From Candidatus Omnitrophota bacterium (GTDB taxonomy: Bacteria; Omnitrophota; Gorgyraeia; Zapsychrales; Fredricksoniimonadaceae), in contig CAJARJ010000009.1 of assembly GCA_903944345.1 (NCBI GenBank), positions 65,875 through 129,874 on the forward strand: 64,000 nt of DNA, given 5' to 3'. Position numbers and translations under genes: made by a program. Shown in pieces: positions 9,582 to 19,307 of this stretch (position 1 is its first letter; each line of letters starts with the position of its first letter). The notes below the pieces were generated by a model. The model did not search any database, was not told the origin of the DNA, and saw nothing but the letters and a program-made list of their open reading frames with translations.

Positions 9582-9971
9582 TTATTCTATCTGCTGCCCC
9601 GGACGATGCCGAGCACAACAATTGGCTGCATCCGCCGCATCCGCATTTTCCTCGATGGTTTTAATTATTTTATGACACCGGCTCATCTGGGCTCGCGTCA
9701 AGACCTCTCTTAATCGGCTGTACAAATCCGAGCGCAATTCTTCGGATTGAGCCAACGTCGGGCCTGAACCTGACTCCGCCCAAAGTTGTTCGCGTCTGGC
9801 CATATTAGACTCGATGATCAAGGTCACTGCAGACAGCTGTTTCTGATCCAGATTCAAGTCTTTCTGTACCGTTTCAATAATCTGAATTGCGTCAGGCCAT
9901 TCTTGTGCACAGGCAGCCGCCCCCAAAAATATAGTGGCTAAAATAATAATACCGATCATCTTGCGTCTCAT
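9582..9971 (-). CDS. Periplasmic hypothetical protein (possible Spy/CpxP-like LTxxQ family)
   Basis: I trimmed the start to ATG at 9971 (MRRKMIGIIILATIFLGAAACA signal peptide), which has an AAAGGA Shine-Dalgarno. The protein is small, helical and charged. Confidence 0.35.
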   Translation of the reverse strand: MRRKMIGIIILATIFLGAAACAQEWPDAIQIIETVQKDLNLDQKQLSAVTLIIESNMARREQLWAESGSGPTLAQSEELRSDLYSRLREVLTRAQMSRCHKIIKTIEENADAADAANCCARHRPGQQIE

Positions 9972-10113
9972 AGAAACTGTCCTTTCTTCTGCAAACGTAA
10001 TCATTATGGAATAAAGGCGCATCCTTAAGGTATGCGCCTTTATTCCATAAACTACTTACTGCAATGGCTGGTCAACCCCGGATTCAACAGGCCGGCCTAG
10101 CAGCCTAAAACTA

Positions 10114-10899
10114 TTACTTGCCTGGAACAGAATCCGCAATGGTCATATTATTAATCACGCTCTTCACGCCATTGACATCTGCCACCAACTTGCCGACCAA
10201 AACCTTTTCGGCATCGTTCTTGGCAACCCCGCTAACAGTTACAATACCATCGACAACGGCCACCTTGGTATTCACAGCACTGGTCGAATGATGCGACAAG
10301 AGTGCCACCTTAACCTGGGCGACAATAGACGCATCATCAATCTTTTCACCCAACGTCTGCCCGCTGCTCGCCGGAATATTAGCCAAAGTCATCTCATTCT
10401 TGACATTCTTGACACCGCTTACATCTTTGGCATATTCTCCGGCCAAATCCTTCTGGGCCTGCGATGCAGCTTCACCTTTAAGTGTCACTACCCCGTCTTT
10501 AACCTCAACCAGCGTCTTGAAAGCATTGACGTTGGGATGGAACAAAAGAGTAGTTTTAACTTTCATACCGATCCAGCCATCCGAATTCTCGGCAGGACTG
10601 TCCCCTTTAAGAACCAGCTGATTATCCACGCTCTTGACACCCGGCAAATTTGCCACCGTTTCCTGTGCTAACGATTTGTGAGACTCTTGTGTAACGCTAC
10701 CAGTCAAAGTAACCACCCCGTCTCTGGACCGAGTAACAACCGAATCATCCTTAAGATATGTTCTATAAACATACGACTCCTGAGCCGTTGACTCAATCCG
10801 GCTGTCCGTCTCAGAAGCGAAAGCACCAAATACAAACGAGCCACTGCACAACACAACAGCCGCGATTGCTGTAAACGACTTCGAATAATTAGTTTTCAT
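10114..10899 (-). CDS. BON-domain periplasmic protein (OsmY-like, 3-4 BON repeats)
   Basis: Repeated VVTL.G.V......LA...V.N.PGVKSV.N.L blocks. I trimmed the start to ATG at 10899, which has a GGAAGG Shine-Dalgarno and a signal peptide. Confidence 0.7.
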   Translation of the reverse strand: MKTNYSKSFTAIAAVVLCSGSFVFGAFASETDSRIESTAQESYVYRTYLKDDSVVTRSRDGVVTLTGSVTQESHKSLAQETVANLPGVKSVDNQLVLKGDSPAENSDGWIGMKVKTTLLFHPNVNAFKTLVEVKDGVVTLKGEAASQAQKDLAGEYAKDVSGVKNVKNEMTLANIPASSGQTLGEKIDDASIVAQVKVALLSHHSTSAVNTKVAVVDGIVTVSGVAKNDAEKVLVGKLVADVNGVKSVINNMTIADSVPGK

Positions 10900-11144
10900 A
10901 AAACACCTTCCGTTAATTAAGTTTTGTGCCTTTAACAATATGCACATATCTCGATGCTTCCTTATAGTAAAACACCGACCATAGAAATCACTCCAACTCC
11001 TTTCCAATGCCAAGGTTGGCGCCCTTAGACATTGCGCGCATTATTCCTTTATTTCCTTATAGAATGATTCTAGTTGTCTATAAAAAGAAAACAATTGAAC
11101 CGGGGTATAACAGGCCTTGTGACCCGTCTTGAATGGGGGAAATA

Positions 11145-12125
11145 TCACGCCTCTATCAACTCAACAAGCCTGGGATAAATCACTGCGATTCTTTGGTAGG
11201 GCTGCTCGGGGTCAATCAAATCATGCAAAACACCTAAACTTCTATCGAATTCAAAACGCGTAATTCTTACACCGTTATGTTTCTTCCAGTTATCAATCAC
11301 CTTTGCAAAAATCCTGTCATTCACCGATTCATCTAGCGCATTGGCAACTACAAGAATGTCCTGCGTTTTGGGTGCCAGTCTGCTGGCATCTTTAATCACG
11401 AACCAGCCCAAAAGCATGATTTGAGCCAACCCTCTGGTTGAAAAACGATAGTACGCAGAAGTCGGCCCCAAAAGCTCCTTCTTTTTCTCATTACTCCACC
11501 ACAAGAACATATCAGGCAGGATCAGCAAGAAATTGATAGCCAGCTTCAAGCAACTGACGGGCAGCATCTTCCATCCCCAAAACGGCGATATTATAACCGC
11601 TTTATCGACATCACCCCTGTTCTGCGCAATCCAACAGGCCATGTTTGCCCCCATAGACAAACCGGCGACAATAACATGCCGGCCCAGTCCCCGGGCAATA
11701 TCCACAGATTCATCTGATAATTCGATCAATTCCGACACTGTCAGTCTGGAGTAATCTTCAGTCATTCGATCCTTGAGGCCATGATGTGGTACCCGGGGAA
11801 TCAAAACATTATAACCCTTATTGTAAAAGATCTCCCCCAGGGCCCTAAATTGTCGCGGGCTGTTTGTCCCTCCATGAAAAAAGACAATAACGCGCCCGAC
11901 CCGCTTGCCGTGAGTCAGAAAGACAAGATGTCCATCCGAAGAAACCTCATCCCCGTCGACATTGCGTAAATCATCAATACGCCTTACGCTTTCCTGATAA
12001 CTTCTCGATGGCACAGTTCCTGAAACGGGAGAATCTACCCGTAACAGTTTTGAGAATAAAGTCCTGAATTCATTAAATATTGACATCACGGCTTTCAGAA
12101 TGTTTCCTTGAATCTGTTGAGACAT
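11145..12125 (-). CDS. Alpha/beta-hydrolase (esterase/lipase-like)
   Basis: FFHGG oxyanion motif and GLSMG nucleophile elbow. Confidence 0.65.
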   Translation of the reverse strand: MSQQIQGNILKAVMSIFNEFRTLFSKLLRVDSPVSGTVPSRSYQESVRRIDDLRNVDGDEVSSDGHLVFLTHGKRVGRVIVFFHGGTNSPRQFRALGEIFYNKGYNVLIPRVPHHGLKDRMTEDYSRLTVSELIELSDESVDIARGLGRHVIVAGLSMGANMACWIAQNRGDVDKAVIISPFWGWKMLPVSCLKLAINFLLILPDMFLWWSNEKKKELLGPTSAYYRFSTRGLAQIMLLGWFVIKDASRLAPKTQDILVVANALDESVNDRIFAKVIDNWKKHNGVRITRFEFDRSLGVLHDLIDPEQPYQRIAVIYPRLVELIEA

Positions 12126-14173
12126 ATTCTCATAAACTGATCCGGAAAAACGTCAAACATCTTTTCGGCATGACCACCATTTGCCATAACCTTCAGAGCC
12201 TTGGGGTGCCGTGCTTTATCGAACAACAGCCGAGTATAACTCAACTTAACAAGCGAATCTTTGCCCCCATGCAGAAACAACACTGGCGTGGGCGCGATTT
12301 TGTCAACGACATCACCCGGGGGAAGCTTTTGCAAAGCCGGACTGCCCGGGCTGACCGCCTCCTCATCTTTGCCAATCTCTAAATTATGCTTGAGATCTTC
12401 CTCCATATCTTTCTTCCAATAATTATAATTAATACTTCCCAGATCGGACGGAGAGCTGACAGCTATAACACTGTCAATATTCTGATGAAAACTTGCTTCA
12501 ATCAAAGTTACGGCCGCGCCCAGTGAAAAGCCGATCACTCCAATTTTTTTATACTTATTCTCTCGGGCGTAAGCAGTAATAGCTCGCAAATCCTTATGCT
12601 CTTGTGCTGTCCATGTAAACACATCACCAATCTTGCCATGTTCACGAAAATCAAAAACAATCACATCGTACTCCCGGCTGAATGCCTCAGCCATCGCTTT
12701 CAACAGGGGCGTGTCCTTGTTTGTGTAAAAGCCGTGCGCAATGACAATGACCCTGGAAAACCCTTTATTAACATGATCAAAGGCAATGCGTTTCCCGTCA
12801 TCGGTCATCACATAACGATTGGCACCTCGCTCCTGTGCAGAAAAGGGCTCCGGCTGAACACTCCCTGAGGCTGTATTGACAATCTTCTCAGGTTCGGTGT
12901 TCCTGAAGTTTCCTTCAAAAATTGAAGTGAATACAGACCGGATATAATTTCTATAAATATCCCACTCGACTTTTATCCTCCAGAAATATAGATACTGTGA
13001 GCTGTTTCTTTTGCCCACAGCGACAGATTTTCGTGATCTGGCCTCCTCATACACAGCCAGCATGCGCTGGGCTGAAAGCTCAATCGTGTATTTCTGTGCG
13101 GTAGCTCTTGCGGAGTGCTTCATTGCCTGCAATTCTTCAGGAGCACAACGTAGTACCGATAACAATGCGTTAACAAAGCTATGCTGATCCATTTCAGCAA
13201 GCAAGCGTCCGTTAAAATGATCTTTAACAACATCCCTGGCTCCCGGAGCATCCAGTGCGACCACCGGCACTCCGGCTGCCATGGCCTCAACAAGAACAAT
13301 CCCTTGTGTTTCGCTCAAGGAGGCAAACGCAAAGACATCCATGGCAGAATATCCATCCACTAGATGCTCGTAATGCAAAACTCCGACCAAATGCAATCTA
13401 CTCTCAAGACCAGCATTCCTGAAGACATCCCTGATCATTGCCTCTGAGGAGCCTTTACCCACAATCAAAGCATGTGCGTTTGGTTCGATTTCCAATAATT
13501 CGACTATAGACGCTACCAGAAAATCCAGATTCTTCTCTGACGCCAGTCTGCCAACATGCCCAATCACAAAAGCAGCACTGGGAATCTGATTTTCTTTACG
13601 AAATCTTTTGCCATCGCCGTTTGAAAAACGCTTCAAATCTACCCCGGTTGGAACGACCTCCATAGGAGTCTTGACCCCCCGTCTAAGCAAGATTTCCTGT
13701 ATGCTTTCACTGGGAACAATCAGGCGATCGACACAATTGGCATAACCAGCCGCAAGCTTGACAATAAATCTTTTTACTCCTTCATTTTGTATCGGCCAAT
13801 CCTGCACGTACTCCTCAAACATTGTGTGATAGGTAAATACCAGCGGAATAGCGTGCTGCCGACTTAAACGTAACGCAAAATCTCCCATAAAAAACGGACA
13901 ATGGCTATGAACAATGTCCGGACTAAATTCTTTCATTAATCGAGTGAGAAGCCGGGAAACCGGAAAATTGACAGAAAAGATGGTCCAGCTGAATTTCTGG
14001 AAGGCGGGCAGACGAATTACCCCTGACTCCTCAACCGGAGCTCCCTGGAAAGTCGGAGTCACTATCAATACTTCATGCCCCAGGGCTTTAAATTCTTCGC
14101 TGAAAGAATGCACCGATTGCTCCAACCCCCCGACAATCGGAAAGTATGTATTGGTCATCATAAGAATTCTCAT
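12095..14173 (-). CDS. Fusion protein: GT4 glycosyltransferase (N) + alpha/beta-hydrolase (C)
   Basis: The N-terminal part is GT4-like (MRILMMTNTYFPIVGGLEQ...EAMAAGVPVVA). The C-terminal part has a GFSLGAA nucleophile elbow and LFLHGGKD. I trimmed the start to ATG at 14173, which has a strong GGAAGGAG Shine-Dalgarno. Confidence 0.65.
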   Translation of the reverse strand: MRILMMTNTYFPIVGGLEQSVHSFSEEFKALGHEVLIVTPTFQGAPVEESGVIRLPAFQKFSWTIFSVNFPVSRLLTRLMKEFSPDIVHSHCPFFMGDFALRLSRQHAIPLVFTYHTMFEEYVQDWPIQNEGVKRFIVKLAAGYANCVDRLIVPSESIQEILLRRGVKTPMEVVPTGVDLKRFSNGDGKRFRKENQIPSAAFVIGHVGRLASEKNLDFLVASIVELLEIEPNAHALIVGKGSSEAMIRDVFRNAGLESRLHLVGVLHYEHLVDGYSAMDVFAFASLSETQGIVLVEAMAAGVPVVALDAPGARDVVKDHFNGRLLAEMDQHSFVNALLSVLRCAPEELQAMKHSARATAQKYTIELSAQRMLAVYEEARSRKSVAVGKRNSSQYLYFWRIKVEWDIYRNYIRSVFTSIFEGNFRNTEPEKIVNTASGSVQPEPFSAQERGANRYVMTDDGKRIAFDHVNKGFSRVIVIAHGFYTNKDTPLLKAMAEAFSREYDVIVFDFREHGKIGDVFTWTAQEHKDLRAITAYARENKYKKIGVIGFSLGAAVTLIEASFHQNIDSVIAVSSPSDLGSINYNYWKKDMEEDLKHNLEIGKDEEAVSPGSPALQKLPPGDVVDKIAPTPVLFLHGGKDSLVKLSYTRLLFDKARHPKALKVMANGGHAEKMFDVFPDQFMRICLNRFKETF

Positions 14174-14208
14174 TGCCTCTCCTTCCGACAAAGACCAATC
14201 ACGCCCGG

Positions 14209-15666
14209 CTACAACCGGTTCTTTAATTCCAGAAGTTCTTTTCTTGCGGCCATACATATCGCACTATAGGAATCCTGCGCCCCCATCAATCGTCCATCCT
14301 TTTCCATATCCCCTGGGAGAAGCGGTTTCCCGAATCTCACCCTGATAGGGTGACGTTTGGGATACTTTACCGAACTGGCCCACGCTTCATGAGCCCCTTC
14401 AATAGCGACAGGTACAAGTTGAGCACCGCTTTCAAGAGCCAAAACCCCAAAACCTTTCTTGAAGCGGCCGATTTTCCCGGTCGTGCTGCGCAACCCTTCC
14501 GGGAAATAACACAAACCTTTCCCTCGTTTTAAAACCAGAAAGCAGCTGCGCAAGGCCTCGAGAAAATGGGTGGAGAAATCAAACGGAATAAATCGTCCCA
14601 TTTTTACTAAATTTCTTAAGACTCGGGACTTCACAAACGGCCTGAAGAAATAGGGCCCGAAAACAAAATAGAAAATCTGAAAGACCGGCCTGCGCGGCAA
14701 ACACGCGGCAATCGCCGGGCCATCAAGAAAGCTCGAATGATTGGCATAAAGAATATAAGCCCCTTCTTTGGGCACATTATCCGCCCCCTCACTTTTGATA
14801 CTAAAAAACAGTCTAAAAAGCAGACAATCAACAGCCGTTAAAGTAAATCGGAACAGCCAGGCGAAATAACCCGTACCCAGTTCGATCATTTCCCATGTTT
14901 CCTGATTTGGCGGCACACTTAAATTATTATTCCAGTAACCGGACCCAGAAGATATCCGCTGTCTCTTTGAAGCGATTATTTCAGGCGACTTAAGCGCGGA
15001 CTCCAGCTCCCGCAGCAGCTCTCTTACACTGAAGGATCTCGACACCGCCTCATCTTTTATGTCCGAACCAAACGCCAACTCGAGGCGTGATACAAGCTCT
15101 ATTCTGCCCAGAGAATCTATACCCAGATCAAGCTCCAGCGAATCCTCAAGCATGATCGGCCTGATAATCCCGCACTGCTCTTTCAGGCATTCCAGAACTT
15201 TTATCCCTTCCTCTGACCGCAAAAGCCCGGAATCACTGGCTAAGGCTTCTCCTGAGCCCGGAAGGGCCCCCTCGATTCCCGCGATGACTCTGGGCTCATA
15301 AATTTCCCTGACAGCATATCTTTCCAGCTTGCCAAAGAAATTGTGCGGCAAATCCTCGAGCGTAATGGTAAAGCCTTTGAGTCTTTTATAGACAGGCAAA
15401 GAAAGCGAGACATTGTCGAATCTCTCCTTAAGGACAGAACGCAAATTGACCTCGCCAAATTCCCTGAAACTATCCAGATCCGGCTGTATGACTGCCCAAA
15501 GCACCCTGGATTTCCTAACCCCATCCATTCCCGGGACTCCGAAAACACACATCTCTTTAACCGGAGCCATTTGGGTATAGACCGCCTCGATCTCCTCCGG
15601 ATAAATTTTCTCCCCCGGGTTCAACCTGAATGCTTCAATATATTTGCCCACAGGTCTCTCTGTCAT
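14209..15666 (-). CDS. Fusion protein: AMP-binding C-terminal subdomain + acyl carrier (PP-binding) domain + PlsC/LPLAT acyltransferase
   Basis: The N-terminal ~120 aa resemble only the C-subdomain of adenylate-forming enzymes (GEKIYPEEIEAV...GKLERY). An LGIDSL phosphopantetheine site follows. The NHSSFLD (HX4D) acyltransferase motif is present. The gene overlaps the upstream gene by 1 nt (TAATG). Confidence 0.6.
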   Translation of the reverse strand: MTERPVGKYIEAFRLNPGEKIYPEEIEAVYTQMAPVKEMCVFGVPGMDGVRKSRVLWAVIQPDLDSFREFGEVNLRSVLKERFDNVSLSLPVYKRLKGFTITLEDLPHNFFGKLERYAVREIYEPRVIAGIEGALPGSGEALASDSGLLRSEEGIKVLECLKEQCGIIRPIMLEDSLELDLGIDSLGRIELVSRLELAFGSDIKDEAVSRSFSVRELLRELESALKSPEIIASKRQRISSGSGYWNNNLSVPPNQETWEMIELGTGYFAWLFRFTLTAVDCLLFRLFFSIKSEGADNVPKEGAYILYANHSSFLDGPAIAACLPRRPVFQIFYFVFGPYFFRPFVKSRVLRNLVKMGRFIPFDFSTHFLEALRSCFLVLKRGKGLCYFPEGLRSTTGKIGRFKKGFGVLALESGAQLVPVAIEGAHEAWASSVKYPKRHPIRVRFGKPLLPGDMEKDGRLMGAQDSYSAICMAARKELLELKNRL

Positions 15667-18347
15667 TAATCTGCCCCATATTTCAGTTCATATAAATTCG
15701 TTCCCGGAAGAATTCTTTCCTTTTTAGAACCGGGAAAATGAATGTCAATCGCTGGCTCTTTCCCTTGCAGCCATTGCCCTTTCCACTCAACAAGGCTATT
15801 TCGCTTGAGGGGGCTGATTGTGATGTGGATATCACCAAAACTTGTAGGGGCCGGACCAAACGCAAGCGTCTGATTTTTATCCAGCCATATTCGGGGAACT
15901 CCTGAACACAAAATAAGCCCGTTGCCTTCTTCCCTAACAAAACAGTTGCGAATCATCAGGACCCATTCTGCTGCAGCCCAGACGTGCTGTCCGTCTCCCA
16001 TGCATCCGCCACCCGTGCGAGGATGAATGGATTCGGGCCACTGCCCTGTTGGAGACGCAAATTTTGCTACCGCGGCCATTAATGCAAAATATTCAGGATT
16101 CCCGGAACGCAAAAGCACCTGAGCCAAATGCAGAGACAGATAAGGATTGATCCCTGAATGAGTCATGTCATGAAAGAAGGCGCCAGAAACCAAACAGTTC
16201 TTCATTAAATAATCCGCTGTATTCGACATCCTGGGATCATTCGACTCTACAATACGAAGAGGATAGCTGGCCGCCAATGAACCTATCGCCCCGGAATCCA
16301 TGCGCCGATAAGGAGACGCGGGGATTGCTGGGCGATTCAAACGTTTCGCCACACTTTCCAGGCTTCGATCAATACTCTGCATTAAGGCCCGCGATTCGAT
16401 CTCGAAATAAGAAGCCTGATTATTATCGTTATATTTAGCAGACAAAAAAGCCGCACTTCTTAACCCTGCGACACACCAGTAGTCATCCCAATAATAAAAA
16501 TCATTTGGCCCCAGATGCTCGGCGCTAAATCCCGATGGCAACAAACCAGAATGCGGCGATAACAAATTATCGGGTAAACGCTTCTGACATATCCAGCGAC
16601 CGGCTTTATTGATCGATTCTTTCCACTCTTCGGGTGGAGCATTGCCTGTCATTTCACAATACTGCTGCATAATCCACAAGGCTTCTCCGTTAGAGTCCCA
16701 CTCCCCTTCCTGCGAAAGAAAATATCCCTGTAACGTCTGTCGGTCGCGGAAACAATCCAGAGCCCGGCGCACACGATCTTTCAGTCCGGCACACAACAAG
16801 GCCTTTAGAATAAAAGCCGCATCACGAAACCAGAACCTCCGGTAAATATACGGCCCCGGATAAACTTCCCTGGGAGAATGCAAGATCATGGTGCGAATTG
16901 CGGCTTCGTAAAGAAACTGGAAATGCTCATCGGGAACCTTAAGCAAACACTCACCCTGAAGACTGGCGGCCCAGGCTGTCCGGGCCATCTGTGCATCTTC
17001 CACACAGGCATTATTCCTGGTCCCTTTATTCTCTACTAACGGCACCGTAAGCGCTATCTTCCGTGCCTGCCCCGCTTTCAATTGATATATTACCGCCGCA
17101 GAAGCCATGCCAACTCGACAGCAAACAGCGTTCCTCTCCTCCTGAAACGCCAAACGAGCATAAACATCACCATGTTCATAACATGAAAATGCCCATTGAT
17201 CCGGAATTATGTCCCAATAGAGAGAGCTGTTCTGATTGACCTGCCAACCTATCCGGCCTTTCAATATGGCAATATCGTAAACAAGGCTCAATCCTTCCGG
17301 ATTGTAGGGCCGTAAAGCAATCACAAGTTTAGCGTCCTCATCTGTCCGGCCTTCAACCAGGATATGACAAACAGGTGACTGCGTCCCGCCTAAAACCTGA
17401 ACTTGGGTTATAAGCACCAGGCTCTCAAATCTGGATTCCGTAACAACGCAAAGACCTTTGTCCATGATCAATTTTTGTGAACACCCTGACAACCGGGAAG
17501 GAATCAAGGGCTCCCCCTTCCCGGGAATGATCCAGAAGTCCAGTGACCAACTGTCAAAATAGGGCGTTACCAGTCCGCGTGGATCAACCAGTGGATATTC
17601 GGTGCTGTCAGGAATGCCCAGAGCCGTCCAATTGCGATGGGTAAGATTAATCTGCGTTAACGAAAAGGACCGAGGTATAAACGCTTCGTTGAGCGGGTCA
17701 TATTGACATTCCACCCAGTATGGCCAGACCCAATCCAGATTATGCTGAATGGCCAGACTGTTCATCAGTCCGCGCGCGTGCAGAACAACTCCGGAGCGCA
17801 CCAACTCCAGCGGAGCCGGAACCTCGGAAGGCTGCATAAAATTCTGCAACTGAAACAGTATCTTGAACGGATCAGGAAAGCCTTGTCGGCGTGCCGCGTC
17901 TCTTACAAAGAATTTCCAAGGTATCCATTTCCACCACGTAAAAGAAGTACTCTGACCTATCATCGGGAGAAAAACCCACCATTTATAACCAATATAAACA
18001 AACACTCCTGTTGCTACCGAGGCTGCGATCAAGGCCGGAAGAATCGCTTCGGGCCATACGGCAAGAATGCCGTGATTTGTCAGAAGATTAAGACCTAAAG
18101 CCAGAAAGTTAACAAATATATAACGGCCAGCTTCACCGGACGCTTTCGAGCAATGGCATTGAAATATCCAATGCTTGTTAAACAGATACGCAACAAGCCC
18201 TGCGCATATGAAAGAAATTCCTTTCGCCAGACTGAAAGGAAGGAATTGAAATAAAAGATAATAAAGGCCGGCGTCTGTGGCCCCTACAAAAAAACCGACA
18301 AGACCAAACCGGAATATTTCTGTATGCATATTCATAAAGTACCGCAA
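15666..18347 (-). CDS. GtrA-like membrane domain fused to a large six-hairpin glycosidase-like (GDE_C/GH63/GH15-like) domain
   Basis: The N-terminal ~130 aa are GtrA-family (FGLVGFFVGATDAGLYYLL, with four TM segments). The ~750-aa C-terminal domain has a block typical of (alpha/alpha)6 glycosidases (SPTGQWPESIHPRTGGGCMGDGQHVWAAAEW). Confidence 0.5.
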   Translation of the reverse strand: MRYFMNMHTEIFRFGLVGFFVGATDAGLYYLLFQFLPFSLAKGISFICAGLVAYLFNKHWIFQCHCSKASGEAGRYIFVNFLALGLNLLTNHGILAVWPEAILPALIAASVATGVFVYIGYKWWVFLPMIGQSTSFTWWKWIPWKFFVRDAARRQGFPDPFKILFQLQNFMQPSEVPAPLELVRSGVVLHARGLMNSLAIQHNLDWVWPYWVECQYDPLNEAFIPRSFSLTQINLTHRNWTALGIPDSTEYPLVDPRGLVTPYFDSWSLDFWIIPGKGEPLIPSRLSGCSQKLIMDKGLCVVTESRFESLVLITQVQVLGGTQSPVCHILVEGRTDEDAKLVIALRPYNPEGLSLVYDIAILKGRIGWQVNQNSSLYWDIIPDQWAFSCYEHGDVYARLAFQEERNAVCCRVGMASAAVIYQLKAGQARKIALTVPLVENKGTRNNACVEDAQMARTAWAASLQGECLLKVPDEHFQFLYEAAIRTMILHSPREVYPGPYIYRRFWFRDAAFILKALLCAGLKDRVRRALDCFRDRQTLQGYFLSQEGEWDSNGEALWIMQQYCEMTGNAPPEEWKESINKAGRWICQKRLPDNLLSPHSGLLPSGFSAEHLGPNDFYYWDDYWCVAGLRSAAFLSAKYNDNNQASYFEIESRALMQSIDRSLESVAKRLNRPAIPASPYRRMDSGAIGSLAASYPLRIVESNDPRMSNTADYLMKNCLVSGAFFHDMTHSGINPYLSLHLAQVLLRSGNPEYFALMAAVAKFASPTGQWPESIHPRTGGGCMGDGQHVWAAAEWVLMIRNCFVREEGNGLILCSGVPRIWLDKNQTLAFGPAPTSFGDIHITISPLKRNSLVEWKGQWLQGKEPAIDIHFPGSKKERILPGTNLYELKYGAD

Positions 18348-19256
18348 TCAATCCGCAACGCGTGACCCAGCCTGCGCCCCGCGCAATGTTCTATAATTCT
18401 TATCCCTGTACATCAACATATCTGCTCTTTTGAGCAACTCTTCTATTGTCTGGGGTTTCTGCGGATTGTAATAAAGGATCCCGAGGCTGAATGTCAGCTT
18501 GCGTGGCGAATTGGTGTTATATTTTGTCTTTTCAAGATTTTCTTTCAGTCGCTTGTGCAACGCATCCAGGCTCTCGGACTTTGCTTCCAAAGCAAGTATT
18601 GCGAACTCATCGCCTCCGACTCTGCCAATAACATCCGAACTGCGGAACGTCTTTTTGAGAACATCGCCTGCTGTCACCAGCGCCCGGTCTCCCTCCTCGT
18701 GTCCAAACTTGTCATTAATCTGTTTCATATTATCCAGGTCTGCATAAATTAGAATAAGCCCCCTGCCCGAACGGTTAGACAACTTCAAAAGCTGATTGGC
18801 ATAGATCAAAAACCCCCTGCGATTACTCACGCCTGTCAAAACATCCACAAGTGCAAGCTCCCGCATTGTCACTTCCGCTTTCTTTAACCTGTCAAACTGG
18901 CTGACCATCGGCTTATAAAATAAAATATACAGCGCGGGGGAAAGCAAGACGATAAGCATGACTGAAGCAACTATGGGCATATCCGTCGTATGCAGATCAG
19001 GAAGCAGCATAAACAAATACTTTGCCAATAATCCACATCCCAGTATGGAGAGCGTCAGGACAAAAAGCAGCCTTCGGGGAGTGTACATTCTTTCAAAACT
19101 GTCCGGCCTGCATTTTCTATCGGAGGCACCAGCCGGGTTTAAAGTGGGATGATAACCCTCTTTCTTTGCCATATTAACAGTCTTTTCCTCAACAGCCCGA
19201 CGATAAAGTGTCGGGCTGATCTTGTCCTGAAGGAACCTCAAAACATCAATTCGCAT
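18348..19256 (-). CDS. Membrane-anchored GGDEF diguanylate cyclase
   Basis: An N-terminal TM region is followed by the RVGGDEFAIL active-site motif. Confidence 0.8.
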   Translation of the reverse strand: MRIDVLRFLQDKISPTLYRRAVEEKTVNMAKKEGYHPTLNPAGASDRKCRPDSFERMYTPRRLLFVLTLSILGCGLLAKYLFMLLPDLHTTDMPIVASVMLIVLLSPALYILFYKPMVSQFDRLKKAEVTMRELALVDVLTGVSNRRGFLIYANQLLKLSNRSGRGLILIYADLDNMKQINDKFGHEEGDRALVTAGDVLKKTFRSSDVIGRVGGDEFAILALEAKSESLDALHKRLKENLEKTKYNTNSPRKLTFSLGILYYNPQKPQTIEELLKRADMLMYRDKNYRTLRGAQAGSRVAD

Positions 19257-19307
19257 GAAACAAATCCCGTTATTCCGGATTTATCTTCAAAAAACGATAA
19301 CCCGGAT

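Noticed and set aside
19257-19307. Direct repeat CCGGATTTA x2 between dnaK and the GGDEF gene
   Set aside because: Only 9 nt and two copies, with no hairpin. It is too weak to call a regulatory site.
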